A stretch of DNA of 64,000 nt from Camelus dromedarius. Its lineage: Eukaryota. The notes below the pieces were generated by a model. It was given only the letters and a program-made list of their open reading frames with translations, ran no database searches and was not told where the DNA came from. The position numbers were made by a program, and so were the translations under genes. The stretch covers positions 48,174,001 through 48,238,000 of the forward strand of contig NC_087451.1 of assembly GCF_036321535.1 (NCBI RefSeq). The letters are read 5' to 3'. Each line of letters opens with the position of its first letter. Positions within the stretch are counted from its first letter, which is position 1. Positions 50,750 through 64,000 of this stretch are shown piece by piece.

Positions 50750-52400
50750 TTGATGATTGTGGAGGATGAGGGAGGACCAAGGGTTCATTTTCATTCTGCA
50801 AATATTTTAACTATATGCTGGGCCCAGGTCTGCCTGGGACAAGATGGGGCTTCCATTCACTGAGAAGAGGGACATAGAGGAGAAGTGACTGAAAGAGAAA
50901 GTAATTTGGTTCCGGCCATGTTTCATTGAGCAGTCTCTGCAGCCTCTGAGTGGGAAAGTCTAGCAGGTAGTTGGATTAACATGTCAGAAGATGTAGATTT
51001 GTGAGGCCTCGGCGTTTGATGGTAGTTGAAGTTTTGAGAGCAGGAAGTCTGTAAGATATCTTAGAGGAGTCCTAAACTCAGAGGTCATGGGAAGAGGGCG
51101 TTGAGATACAGGTGGACAACAGGAGTGTGATATCTCAGAAACATGGGGAGAGGGAGGGTCAGCTGTGTCAAAGCAGCACTGAATGGTACCCACCTGTGGT
51201 CTTGTGAGAGCAGCTGTGGCTGATAGAGGCAGAAGCCAGATGAGAGCAGGGCAGGGGGTAAGGAGGTGGGGAAATCGAGGTAGTGAGTGAAGACATCTGG
51301 TTATGAAGCAGGAGAGAGAGAGACGAGGCAGTAGCTGGAGGGCTTATTTACTTTTCAGAAGAGAGAGACTGGAACACTTCTCTTTAAATGCTGCTTGAAG
51401 TTTCATCTTCAAGGAGGAGAGGTAGTCCATACAGGAGGAAGAGAGCAGGAAATGTGGCTCAAGGCCGCCGAGGACCTGGAGAGAATGGATTAGGGTTGGT
51501 CAGAGGAGAGCTGTGCTCCCCAGAGTGGGCCCCAGGGGGCTAAGACAGAAAAATTGTTGTCAGTGTGGGGGACCCAGCTGAGATGTGTGGCCATTGATCT
51601 GGAGGCCTCACTCTCTAGGCTGTGTGCTTTTCTCCCATTGTGAGGTCTTCTCACAGAAATGCTGTTGGCCTCACCCAGGGTCAGGGTGATTCTGAGGAGG
51701 TGAACAAGAGAGTGATTGAAGAGGGCGAGCATGCGGTTCAAGCAGGATAGGGAGTGAGTGACATGAGGCCAGAGGGGACTGGGAGAAAGTGGGAAAGTGA
51801 ATGGGTGTGAGGCCTGGCTGAGGAATGAGCATGAATGTGATGGGAGCAACTGGATGGATGGGCCAGAAGGTTGGGAGAGGATGACAAAGGGGGTGCAATG
51901 TCTGGGCTTCTGGGATCAGAAGAGGTTCTGCCCAGGGGGAGCTGTGGCAGAAGCAGAGTGGAGGGGGAGGTACTTGGAGATGAGGTCAAAGGACAGAGAG
52001 CCCAGTGTGTGGGATGCATCGACTGCAGAGGCCACCTCGGATGGTGGTGGCAGTTATGTGGAGAGAAGGTGGTGAGGCCGTTGCCAATGTCTCTGGTATG
52101 TAAGGGGAGTGACCAGGAGGGAGGTGGGCTTGGGCTGAGGTCTGGCTTACCCCTTGGAGAGTGGAGGGGAAATGGTGTGGATGTGGCCTTGGGGAGCAGG
52201 GAGGCTGGTGACCCCACCTCCTGCCCCTGAGCCTGTGGAGCGTGAGAAAATGAACAGCTTGCCATGGGGAGGGCTGCGGGGAAGCCGAGACCTTAGGGGC
52301 AGGGGAGTCAGGTGTCAGTCACGGTGGGATGTGAGGGCAGGGGCTGTGGAGGGGTTTGTGAGCCCCACAGTAGAGGTGCTTGGGCTCTGGAGAGGAGGTG
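50750..52400. mobile_element. Ancient LINE-2 remnant(s)
   Basis: GA-rich degenerate L2-like text (gagaagtgactga..., gatgtagatttgtgag..., tcatcttcaaggaggagagg...). Boundaries are approximate. Confidence 0.5.
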
Positions 52401-54482
52401 GGAGGACAATCAGAGCAGGGTGGAGGGAGCGCACAGCAGGAGAGGGAGGGGGAAGTTCCTTCTGGGCTGATGAATAAGGGATGACCTTCGTCAGAACACA
52501 CAGCTCTGGCATCCTGGGGTTGCTGGGGGACAGGCTGGAGTGCCCCAGCACCCCTGTACTCGGGAGGGGCCTCCCTCCTCCCCAAGCATGGCTTTCGGGA
52601 CAAGGCGGCACCTTTGAAGCTGTGCTCCATGCTGATTGTAACTGCCTGCTGGGGAGAAGGGGTGTGGGGCCCCTCAGCTGGGATTTGCCAGGAACGTGGT
52701 AAGTATACAGCTGCGGAAGTGACTGTGCTTCCAAAGGCATCTTGCCCAGCCAAGTTTGTTATCTGTAGATAAAGATTTTCAAGGCCGAGCACTTTTGGAA
52801 GGCCCTCCATCCAACAAAATCTCTGTCCAGCTGCTGTCTTATGTTTGAAATTCCTTTAGTGGGGGAACTGCAGCTTGACGAGGTCAGGTAAGGGTAAAAG
52901 TAAATGGCCTTGGGGAGGAGGACATGGCTAACCAGCAGATTTTCACCCAAAGCAAGTGTTGAGTGAAAGAATGACTTAAAAAAAAAAAAAAAGTCCTAAG
53001 CAGCTTCTCTGTCCTGAGTGAGAAGAGGTTATGTTTAGCACTTTTTGAAAATTATGTGTATTGTGATGAGTGAGACAAATCCCACTAGCCCAACAATGGA
53101 CCCCACAGTGATGGAAACAGAATTCTAGCCTTGTGACCCCAGCCCGAGCTAGACCTGCTACCTTCCTCTTTGGCAGCAACTGTCCAAGCGCTTTCTTCTC
53201 TCTGCTTTTGTTTGACTTTTCTCCTTAAAATGCACCCATCCTCCTCACCCACCCCTGCCCGCCTCCCCGATCCCTCCGTGTTTTAAGGCCCAGTCAGAGG
53301 CCTCCTGCCCTGATTGCCTGTCTCGTGGCAGCGTCTCTGAGCCCGCGTCGTCTCCGACCCGATCATTCCTTTCACTCTGAGCAACAATGATCTGAGTACG
53401 TGTCTGCACAGCTTTTCTCTTCTGCACAATGAAGACTGTGTCTTTGGCATCTTTATTTTACAAATACAAAGCTGGGGTCATTGTCGAGTGAACTAAATAT
53501 GAAAGTTAGGCCTCTCTGCACACTGAGGCAGAGACGGTCACCCGGTGTAATCGTAAAGGGAAAACTGGGTGTAAGAACAGCCGACCGATGGCGAGATGTA
53601 GACCTGTCAGATTTCAGGAGGTTCTGCAGCTAATAGGAAATGGTAAGACCTGGAAAGCCCCTGTGGCTTTAGGATCAGCAGATGGCTCCACACCTCAAAG
53701 CCAAAATATGTTCGTTAACAAGAGCTAAGATTCTGTCAGTCCTGGAGGTCTAGCAAGGAGGCTGGGGCTCGGGGTAGATTCAGAATGTTCTGTCTGGAGA
53801 TCTGTGGGTTTCACGGAGGCGGAAGGCAGCTGGCCCCTAGGCTTGAGTGATTACCTCCTGTTCATGTCAAAGAAACTGTGAACTTGGGCAGAGGGACAGA
53901 GCAGGTGGGGATTAATTCTGAAAGACTGTTTAAAATTTGGATATTTTGTTGTTTGTAGATCTTTTTGCATTAATTTTAGTTATTGCATTAAATATTATTT
54001 ATCCTGATTACTAACTTTTGGTGTCTGGCTAAGTTTTTGCACCTGAGATGTCTTACTGGTCCCAGCCCTGGCTGTCAGGGAGGAGTGGAGCTAAGTTTGA
54101 TTTGGGGAAGAAGGGTCAGGTTACTGGGCCTGGAAAGCAAAGCGCCAGTAGATTTGGTATCAGGGCAATAGGGGGACAGTGGGGGATCTTGAGCAAGGTG
54201 GTTGGGGATTGCAACAGTGGAATCCCCAACTAGGAAGGTTTGTCTGGCTCCAGTGTGCAAGGTGGTCTGGTGGGGGTGGGGAGGCTGGAAGCAACATACT
54301 GGCGTTTGTATACTAGATTGTGTGTTTCCAGAAGTTTTGTAGTTAACAAAGGAAAGAGCTGGGATTATTAGGGTCAGGCTTTTTCCAAGATAGATGTTTC
54401 AAATACATTTGGTGGTGGAAGTAAAGGGGCCCATTTAATGGAAGTTAATATTTCTCATGGAGTTCCTACTGTATTCTAAAGC

Positions 54483-54825
54483 AGGGGTTGGCAAACTTTA
54501 ACTGTAAACAGGTCAGATGGTACTTCAGGCTTTTCTGTCCCAGCTACTCAGCTCTGCCATTTGTTGTGTGAAAGTAATACAGGAAAAACGTGGGGCAAGG
54601 GGATGGGCCGTGTCCCAGGTCTCAGTTGAGTCTCTGCGATGTCCCCTGCCAAGTGTGGGTCCTTGGCTTCGTGCAGGAAAGAATTCAAGAGCGAGCCATA
54701 GTAGTGTAAAAGTAGATTTATTCAGAGAGATGCACATCTCATAGACAGAGTGCAGGCCATCTTGGAAGGTGAGGGAGTGAGAGGCCACGAGGCGCGGTGT
54801 TGCTAGTTTTTATGGGCTCAGTAGT
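54483..54825. mobile_element. MER58-like hAT 5' end followed by an ERV1-type LTR fragment
   Basis: CAGGGGTTGGCAAACTTT... is a MER58-type start; TGTGGGTCCTTGGCTTCGTGCAGGAAAGAATTCAAGAGCGAGCC...TTTATT is an LTR-like end on the minus strand. Family names are from memory. Confidence 0.5.
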
Positions 54826-54949
54826 AGATGGCGCTGGATAAAGTTTGTTGAGGAATGAGATGTGGTCTCAGAATCTCTCTCCATAGATTACTTATTAATT
54901 ACAAAAGAGAAAGGTACCAAGCGATCCAACTAAGTATCACCAAAAATGG

Positions 54950-57900
54950 GACAAACATTTGTGTCTCCTGATTTAATGGATGGGAAGCATACCACATCAC
55001 CTCTGTAATAAGCCTTTCCAAAAATGTTTAACCTGAATCTAATTAGAAGTATCCACATTTTGTAGTATATGCTACATGACAGTTGGCCTTGCACCTTCAT
55101 AAATGCCAAATGCCATGAAAAAGAAGGCAGAAGGACTCTCCTATATTAAAAGATGCTGAAAAGACATGATCCTTGGCTCAGTCTTGAATTGGAAGAAAAA
55201 AAAAGCTTATAAATGAAATTTTGGGGACAACTGGAGAAATTTGAATATGTCCTGTATATTAGGTAATATACTAATTGTTAAATGTCTGTGGTATGATCAT
55301 GGGATTGTAGTTATGTAGGGTAATGTCCTTGTTTTAAGAGATATATTAGGGGTGAAGTTTTATGTTTCAACAAAAATAAGGAAGTGTTAATAAACATACG
55401 TGTGTATACATGCATATTTGAATGAATCTATTAGGGGTTTCATAGAAAAAGCCAAGTAATCTATGGAGAGAGATTTTGAGACCACATTTCATTCCTCAGC
55501 AAACTAATAGACTAATAAAGCAAATGTGGCAAATGTTTAAAACAGGTGAATCTAGGTGAAGGGTATATGGGTTTTGTTATACTGTTTCTTTCTACTTTTC
55601 AATAGGTTTGACATCTTTCAAAAGTTTTGGCAGGACAGAGACAGCCAAGCCTAGTTACCCTCAAAACAAAACAAAAACGTTTTCCTTTAATAAATGGCAT
55701 CAATTTTTTTTTTTTAAAAAAAGCACAACTGGAAACTTTTTATTATTCCCTCAGGAATAATGAAATTCAGAAAAGCTTTATATAAAATTTTTAGATTACA
55801 GTGTTTTTTTCAGAGGCTGTTAAAGTTTATTGTAAAATGCTAAGTGGAGTACATTTTAAAACTGTTAGAAGTAATCACTGTGTTCAGCCAGGTTGCAGGA
55901 TACATAACAATATACAAAAATCACTTGTAATTTCTGTATTAGCAATGAACAATTTGAAAACAAAATTAAGGAAAAAATTCCGTAAAAAATTACATGGGAA
56001 TAAATTGGACAAAGGAAATGCAAGACTTGTACATTTGAAAACAAAACATTGAAAGAGATGAAAGAAGAGCTAAATAAATGGACAGACATTCCATGTTCAT
56101 TTAATATTTAATATTAAATGAGTAGGTTTAATATTAGTAAAATGGCAATATTCCCCAAACTGATTTACAGAAATGCAACCCCTATCAAAATCTCAGCTAG
56201 CCCTTTTGCAGAAATTAACAAGTTGATTCTAAAAGTCATGTTGAAATGCAAGGGACTCAAGAGCCAAAATAATCTTAAGAAAGAACAAAGTTGGAGGATG
56301 CACACTTCCTGATTTCAAAACTTCAGAGGTGCAGTAATAAAGCAGTGTGGTAACTGGCAAACAGACATAGATCAGTGGGATAGAACTTAGATCCAGAAAT
56401 AAACCATTAGGTTTACAATGGATTTGATGTCCTCTAAATGTTTTTTATTACTTAGAAAAGAGAGACTGAAAGTAAATTGATTATATAATGATTAAATATC
56501 TTTCCATTTCTGGAACAGCACAGCTTTATATTTTTTAATTGTGGTAAAATAAACGTAAAATTTACCATTTAAACCACTTGAGGTATACAATTCAGTGGCA
56601 TTAAGTACATTCACATTGTTCTGCAACCATCGTTACTACCCATCTCCAGAACTTTTTCGGATTCCCAAATTCTGTACCCGTTAAACATAACTCCCCATCC
56701 CCCTCCCTCCTCGCCCCTGGAAACTACTTATCTATTTTCTGTCCCTTTTCTAGGTACCTCGTATAAGTAGAATCAATCAATATTTGTCCTTTTATGTCTG
56801 GCTTATTTCACTTAGCATGAGGTCTTGAAGGGTCATCCATGCGTCATGTGTCAGCATTTTTCTTTTTAACTGAAGTATAGTTGATTTACAATGCTGTGTT
56901 AGTTTCTGGTCTACAGCAAAGTGATTGAGATATACATATATATTCATTATTATATATTAATATATACAGATCTATCTATCAAGAATAGTATATTCTTTTT
57001 CATTATGGTTTGTTACAAGATACTGAATATAGTTCCCTGTGCTACACAGTAGGACCTTGTTTATCTACTTTATATATATAGTAGTTTGTATCTGCTAATC
57101 TCAAACTCCTAATTTATCCTTCCCCACCCTTTCCCCTTTGGGAACCGTAAGTTTTCTATGTCTGTGAGCCTGTTTTGTAAATAAGTTCATTTGTATCATA
57201 TTTTTGACTCCACTTATGAATGATATCATGATATGTGTCTTTCTGTCTAACTTACTTCATTTAATATGATAGTCTCTAAGTCAATCCACGTTGCTGCAAA
57301 TGGCATTATTTCATTTTTATGGCTGAGTAGTATTCTGTTGTGTACATATACCACATCTTCTTTATGTATTCACCTGTTGATGAATATTTAGGTTACTTCC
57401 ATATATTCACTATTGTAAATAGTGCTGCTAAGAACATGTATCTTTTCAAATTAGTTTTCTCCAAATATATGCCCAGCAGTGGGATTGCTGGATCATATGG
57501 TAACTCTATTTTTAGTTTTTTAAGGAATCTCCACATTTTTCCATAGTGGCTGCACCAAATTACATTCCCACCAACAGTGCAGGAGGGCTCCCTTTTCTCT
57601 GCACTCTCTCCAGCACTTATTTTTGGAAACGTTTTGATGATGGCCATNNNNNNNNNNNNNNNNNNNNNNNNNNNNNNNNNNNNNNNNNNNNNNNNNNNNN
57701 NNNNNNNNNNNNNNNNNNNNNNNNNNNNNNNNNNNNNNNNNNNNNNNNNNNNNNNNNNNNNNNNNNNNNNNNNNNNNNNNNNNNNNNNNNNNNNNGGTGG
57801 GTTTTTTTTTTTTTTTGTTATTGAGTTGTATGAGCTGTTTGTATATTCAGGAAATTAAGCCCTTGTTGGTTGCATCATTTGCAAAATTTTTTCCCCAGTC

Positions 57901-60900
57901 TGTAGGTTGTCTTTTCATTTTGTTTATGGTTTCCTTTGCTGTGCAAAAGCTTTTAAGTTTGATTAGGTTCCATTTGTTTATTTTTGCTTTTATTTCTATT
58001 GCCTGGGTAGACTGACCTAAGAAAACTTTGCTATGATTTATGTCAGAGAATGTTTTGACTGTGTTCTCTTCTAGGAGTTTTATGGTGTCATGTCTTGTAT
58101 TTAAGTCTAAGCCATTTTGAGTTTATTTTTATGTGTGGTGTGAGGGAGTGTTCTCATTTCATTGATTTACATGTGGCTGTCCAGCTTTCCCAACACTACT
58201 TGCTGAAGAGACTGTCTTTTCTCCATTGTATCTTCTTGCCTCCTTTGTTGAAGATTAATTGACTGTAGGTGTGTGGGTTTATTTCTGGCCTCTCTGTAAT
58301 GTTTCATTGATCCATGTCTTTTTGTGCCAATATCATGCTGTTTTGATTACTGTAGCTTTGTGGTATTGTCTGAAGTCTGGGAGGGTTATGCCTCCAACTT
58401 TGTTCTTTTTCCTCAGGATTGCTTTGGCCATTCTGAGTCTTTTATGGTTCCATATAAATTTTAGAATTATTCTACTTTTATGGAAAATTATGGTAATTTG
58501 ATAGGGGTCACATTAAATCTGTAGATTGCTTTGAGTAATATGGCCATTAAATAAAAATTTTTTTTTAATTTTAAAAAATTTTATTTTTTATTGAAGTGTG
58601 GTTGATTTACAATATTAGTTTCAGGTGTACACAAAAGTGATTCATTTATACACATACATATATACACACATATATTTTCAGATTCTTTTCCATTGTAGCT
58701 TATTACAAGAAATTGAATATATTTCCCCATGTTATACAGCAGGTCCTTGTTGCTTATCTATTTTATATACAGTAGTGTGTATCTGTTAATCCTAAACTCC
58801 TAATTTATCCCTCCCCCCACCTTCCCTTTTGGCAACCAGTTTGTTTTCTATGCCCATAAGTCTATTTCTGGTTTGTAAATAAAATTTGTATCTTTTTTTA
58901 GATTTTACATGTAAGTGATATCCTAAGATACCTGTCTTTCTCTATCTGACTTACTTCACTTAATATGATAATCTCTAGGACCATCCACACTGCTGCAAAT
59001 GGCATTATTTAATTTTNNNNNNNNNNNNNNNNNNNNNNNNNNNNNNNNNNNNNNNNNNNNNNNNNNNNNNNNNNNNNNNNNNNNNNNNNNNNNNNNNNNN
59101 NNNNNNNNNNNNNNNNNNNNNNNNNNNNNNNNNNNNNNNNNNNNNNNNNNNNNNNNNCTTTTCAAATTATAGTCTTCTCTCTCTNNNNNNNNNNNNNNNN
59201 NNNNNNNNNNNNNNNNNNNNNNNNNNNNNNNNNNNNNNNNNNNNNNNNNNNNNNNNNNNNNNNNNNNNNNNNNNNNNNNNNNNNNNNNNNNNNNNNNNNN
59301 NNNNNNNNNNNNNNNNNNNNNNNNNNACCCTCTCTAGCATTATCCATAGGCTTAAAAAAAAATTTTTTTAAATGGAGGTACTAGGGATTGAACCCAGACT
59401 TCTTTTTTTTTAATAAAAGCTTTATATTTTTTCTTATTTATTTATTTATTTTGATGGAAGCACTGGGGATTGAACCCAGGACCTTGTGCATGCTAAGCAT
59501 GTGCCCTACCACTGAGCTATTTCCCTCCTCCCAAACCCAGATTTTTTAATGATGGCCATTCTGACTAGTGTGAGATGATACTTCATTTTAGTTTTGATTT
59601 GCATTTCTCTGATAATTGATATTGATATGAGCCCACTGGCCATCTGGGATATGGCCATTTTAACAATATTAATTGTTCCAATCCAAGAGGATGGGATATC
59701 TTTCCATTTCTTTGAATCATCTTCAACTTCCTTCATTAATATTTTATAGTTCTCAGTGTATAAGTTTTTCACCTCCTTGGTCAGGTTTATTCCTAAGTTT
59801 TTTCTTAATGTGACATTTATTTATTTATTTGGGTGGGGTTAATTAGATCTATTTATTTATTTAATGGAGGTAGTGGGGATTGAACCCAGGACCTCATGCA
59901 TGCTAAGCATGTACTCTACCACTGAACCATACCCTTCCTTCTTATGCAATTTTAAAAGGGATTTTTTTACTTTCCTTTTTTGGTATTTCATTGTTACTGT
60001 AAATAAATACAACAGATTTCTGTATGTTAACCTTGTATCCTGCTACCTTGCTGAATCCATTGATTAGCTCTAGTAGTTTTTATGTGGAGTCTTTAGGGTT
60101 TTCTATATATAGTATCATGTCATCAGCATATAATGACTGTTTTACCTCTTCCCTCCCAATTTGGATCCCTTTTTTCTTGTCTGATTGCTGTGGCTAGGAC
60201 TTCCAATCCTGTGTTGAATAGAAGTGGTGAGAGTGGGCATCCTTGTTTTGTTCCAGATTTTATCAGGAAGGCTTGCAGTTTTTCACTGTTGAATATTATG
60301 TTGGATGTGGGTTTGTCATAAATAGCATTTGTAATGTTGAGATATGTTCCCTCTATGCCCACTTTAGTAAGAGTTTTTATCATGAATAGATTTGAATTTT
60401 ATCAAATGCCTTTTCTGCATCTATTGAGAAGATCATGCAGTTTTTGTCCTTTCTTTGGTTGATGTGGTGTATCACATTGATTGATTTATTGAAGCTTGTG
60501 ACCCTGGGGACGAATCCAACTTGTTTGTAGTGTATGATCNNNNNNNNNNNNNNNNNNNNNNNNNNNNNNNNNNNNNNNNNNNNNNNNNNNNNNNNNNNNN
60601 NNNNNNNNNNNNNNNNNNNNNNNNNNNNNNNNNNNNNNNNNNNNNNNNNNNNNNNNNNNNNNNNNNNNNNNNNNNNNNNNNNNNNNNNNNNNNNNNNNNN
60701 NNNNNNNNNNNNNNNNNNNNNNNNNNNNNNNNNNNNNNNNNNNTCTTTGTGTGTTTTGTAGAATTCCCCAGTGAAGCCATCCCGTCCTGGACTTCTATTT
60801 GCAGGGAGTTTTTAAATTACAGAGTCTGTTTAATTTCTAGTGATCAGTCTGTTCAAATTATCGATTTCTTCTTGATTCAGTTTTGTTGGGCTGTATGTCT

Positions 60901-63900
60901 CTAGAAACGTGTCCGTTTCTTCTCAGTTGTCCATTTTATTGGCATACAGTTGTTCATAGTATTCTCTTATGGTTTTTAATATTTCTGCAGTGTTATTTGC
61001 TATTTCTTCCCTATCATTTCTTGTTTTACTTGAGTCCTCTCTCTTTTTTTCTTGGTGAGCCTGGCCAGAGGTTTGTCGATTTTATTTACCCTTTCAAAAA
61101 AGTAATTATTGGTTTTGTTGATTTTTTTCTATTATTTTTTAAATTTCTATTTTATTTATTTCCTCCCTGATCTTTATTATTTCTTTCCTTGTGCTGACTT
61201 TAGGTTTTGTTTGTTCTTCTTTTTCTAATTCTTTTAGGGGGTAGATAGCACCCAGCATCCCCCACGTACCAGCAGACACACATTCTGGGCTGGGGAGTGC
61301 AGCAAGGTGGCTAGGACTGTCTGTGCTGGTCTCTCTTTCTCTGTTCTGCCTGCTGCACTCTGAGCCTCTAAGCTCTTTATCTGTCCCAGCTGATCTCCTA
61401 GCCAGTGAAGGAGGTTCCCAGGGTGAGGGAATCTTTTCTTTTCCACAGCTCTCTCCCAGGGGTGCAGGTCCCATCCTGATTCCTTCCCCCCACCCCCCTG
61501 TTATCCTGCTTGGTTATGCGGTGATCTTTCTCACAGCTTTGGTTGTATGAGATCTGCCAACGTTCAGTAGGTATTCTGTGAGAATTGTTCCACACGTAGA
61601 TGTATTTTTGATGTATTTGTGGGAGGAGGTGAGCTCCACGTCCTTCTATTTTGCCATTGTGCCAAAGNNNNNNNNNNNNNNNNNNNNNNNNNNNNNNNNN
61701 NNNNNNNNNNNNNNNNNNNNNNNNNNNNNNNNNNNNNNNNNNNNNNNNNNNNNNNNNNNNNNNNNNNNNNNNNNNNNNNNNNNNNNNNNNNNNNNNNNNN
61801 NNNNNNNNNNNNNNNNNNNNNNNNNNNNNNNNNNNNNNNNNNNNNNNNNNNNNNNNNNNNNNNNNNNNNNNNNNNNNNNNNNNNNNNNNNNNNNNNNNNN
61901 TTCTTGAGAAATTGTCACACTTTTACATGGTATCTACACTATTTAACATTCCTATCAGCAGTGCACAAGGGTTCCATGTTCTTATATTCTCTCCAACATC
62001 TGTATGACATTTTTTGATATTTTAATCTTTTACTTATATTTAATTTTGATATTTAAATATTTTGCTTATATTTAATTTTTATCAGAACTTAGTAGCTGCA
62101 GATTCCACCTAATTCTAATTGTGGAAAAATGACTCCTGTATAAACTGATTGGAAAGTCCTTATTAGCAAACCAAGCAGTCAAAATAGATTTACCTTCTGT
62201 TGGAAAAAGTCTGACTTCATTTTATACATGTTTCCATTAAAAAAAAATCTCAGTTCTAAAATTCAAGACAGAGCTGTGCCATGAATTTGTTGTCTGAGTG
62301 AAGTAAACTACTTCCAGTTTCAATATTTCTTTCTAATGCTCTCTTTGCTATACTTTCCAGGAGTTCTCTTTTGGGATTGATGTGTTATTTGACAGGAGTG
62401 AGTGAGGTCTTTAGAAACAAAAACTGTTTTAAATTGTCTCTTTACATTTATAACTTAGAAGACTGATTTTTTGAGTATAGGTAAGTACATTTGACTGTCC
62501 TTTTTGATTGGATTACTGCATTCTGTTGATTCTTATTTTGTGGTTGCCTTTATTCCTTTGATAACTATGTAAGCTTAAAAAGCTGAAGCTCTAAACTGTT
62601 CTTAGAAACAATGAACAGTATATATATGTAAATTTTACTTTATTTTTTTTATCAGTTGAAGTCTTACTTAATTAGTTGCAACCTATAATAGTACATATAG
62701 TATTTAAAGTAGTAGATAAAGCAAATTGATTTCTCCCCAATATTTGCCTAATCAGTTAATACAATAGTTTTTTAGTATGGTGTATTGACAATTAGTAGAT
62801 GCTACATGTTTGGGAGTATTTTGTTTTTGTTTTTTAAATTTAAGTATAGTCAGTTATAATGTGTCAATTTCTGGTGTACAGCACAATATCATGCATATAC
62901 ATACATATATTAGTTTTCATATTCTTTTTCATTAAAGGTTACTACAAGATATTGAATATAGTTCCCTGTGCTATAGAGAAGAAATTTAAAAAAAAAATCT
63001 ATTTTTATATATAGTGGCTAACATTTGTAAATCTCAAACTCCAGGAGTTTTTTAAATGTTATCTTTGACATAAAAATCCTCAACAACTTCCTAAAACATA
63101 GTTTCAGTATATAGGCCTTTAAAATGCTACTTATATTTTATTAAAATAGTTTTTGACATCCATACATATCTAAGAGCAAAAATAATTCCTGCTGGTTAAT
63201 TTATATGTATTGTTACTTATCCAATATGCAATATGGTCTTACGTAGCACTTATTTTTTAAAAATTTTATTTATGCATTTACTTTATAGCATTTAAAAAAT
63301 CGAAGTATAGTTGCTATACAATATTACTTCTTACAGGTATACAGTATAGTGATTCACAAACTTTAAAGGTTATACTCCATTTATAGTTATTATAAAATAT
63401 TAGCTATAGTCCCCATGTTGTACAGTACATCCTTGTGGCTTATTTTGTGCCTGATAGTCTGTACCTCTTAATCCTCCTCCTCCATCTTGCCCCTCCTCCT
63501 TCCCTCTTCCTACTGGTAACCACTACTTCCTTCTCTACATCTGTGAGTCTGTTTCTTTTCTGTTATATTCACTTGTTTGTTGTATTTTTTTAGATTCCAT
63601 ATGTAAGTGGTATCTTACAGCATTTGTCTTTCTCTCACTTATTTCACTTAGCATAATGCCCTCCAAGTCCATCCACGCTGTACACCAGAAACTAATACAA
63701 CATTTTAAATCCGCTGTACTTCAATTAAAAAGCAAACAACCAACCCATTTAAAATATGGGCAGAAGAACTGAATAGACACTTTTCCAAAAGAGGAAATGC
63801 AGGTGGCCAACAGGCATATGAAAAGTTGCTCAACATCACTAAGATCAGGGAAATGCAAATCAAAATCACAATGAGGTATCACTTCACACCTGTCAGAATG

Positions 63901-64000
63901 GCCAAAATAAAAAAAAACACAAATAACAAATGTTGGCAAGGATGTGGAGAAAAGGGAACCCTTGAACACTGTTGGTGGGAAAGTAAGTTGGTGTAGCCAC
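54950..64000. mobile_element. Nested LINE-1 cluster of mixed ages and orientations with inserted SINEs
   Basis: L1 ORF2-like translations in 56118-56312 (+), 57393-57647 (-), 59506-59772 (-), 60123-60383 (-), 61139-61474 (-) and 63721-64000 (+); L1 3' ends at ~56520, 56870, 58570, 62830 and 63290. Confidence 0.9.
59370..59938 (-). mobile_element. Vic-type SINE copies (59370-59400 truncated, ~59430-59531, ~59845-59938) inside L1 sequence
   Basis: ATGGAGGTA..GGGGATTGAACCCAGGACC..GCATGCTAAGCA..CTACCACTGAGCTA pattern. Confidence 0.8.

Larger units (their letters stand above)
38275..61900. other. Assembly gaps (N-runs): 38275-38407, 41702-41833, 57648-57795, 59017-59157, 59185-59326, 60540-60743, 61668-61900
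   Basis: Runs of N in the sequence. Confidence 0.99.

Overview
Mammalian genomic DNA, most likely a camelid given the tRNA-derived SINE family present. It is orthologous to the human 17q11.2 gene block. Gene order in the window: SARM1 (exon 1 only, -), VTN (+), SEBOX (+), TMEM199 (-), POLDIP2 (+), TNFAIP1 (-), IFT20 (+), TMEM97 (-), then about 13 kb of gene-free L2/LTR/L1 repeat with assembly gaps. I built exon models by hand from GT-AG boundaries and reading-frame continuity. All genes close in frame except SARM1 (runs off the left edge) and IFT20 (last coding exon appears to fall in the N-gap at 41702-41833). I found no new multi-gene system. The most interesting extras are: a BANF1 processed pseudogene inserted in the IFT20/TMEM97 tail-to-tail region, antisense to TMEM97; a SEBOX with a canonical homeodomain and a dense TAATC motif cluster downstream; a short U6 retro-fragment; a pure poly(A) insertion with a target-site duplication; an L1 fragment flanked by an unusually long (~100 bp) direct repeat; and a duplicated splice-donor segment in IFT20 intron 1. 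Comparisons to human sequences and repeat family names come from memory, not from database searches.
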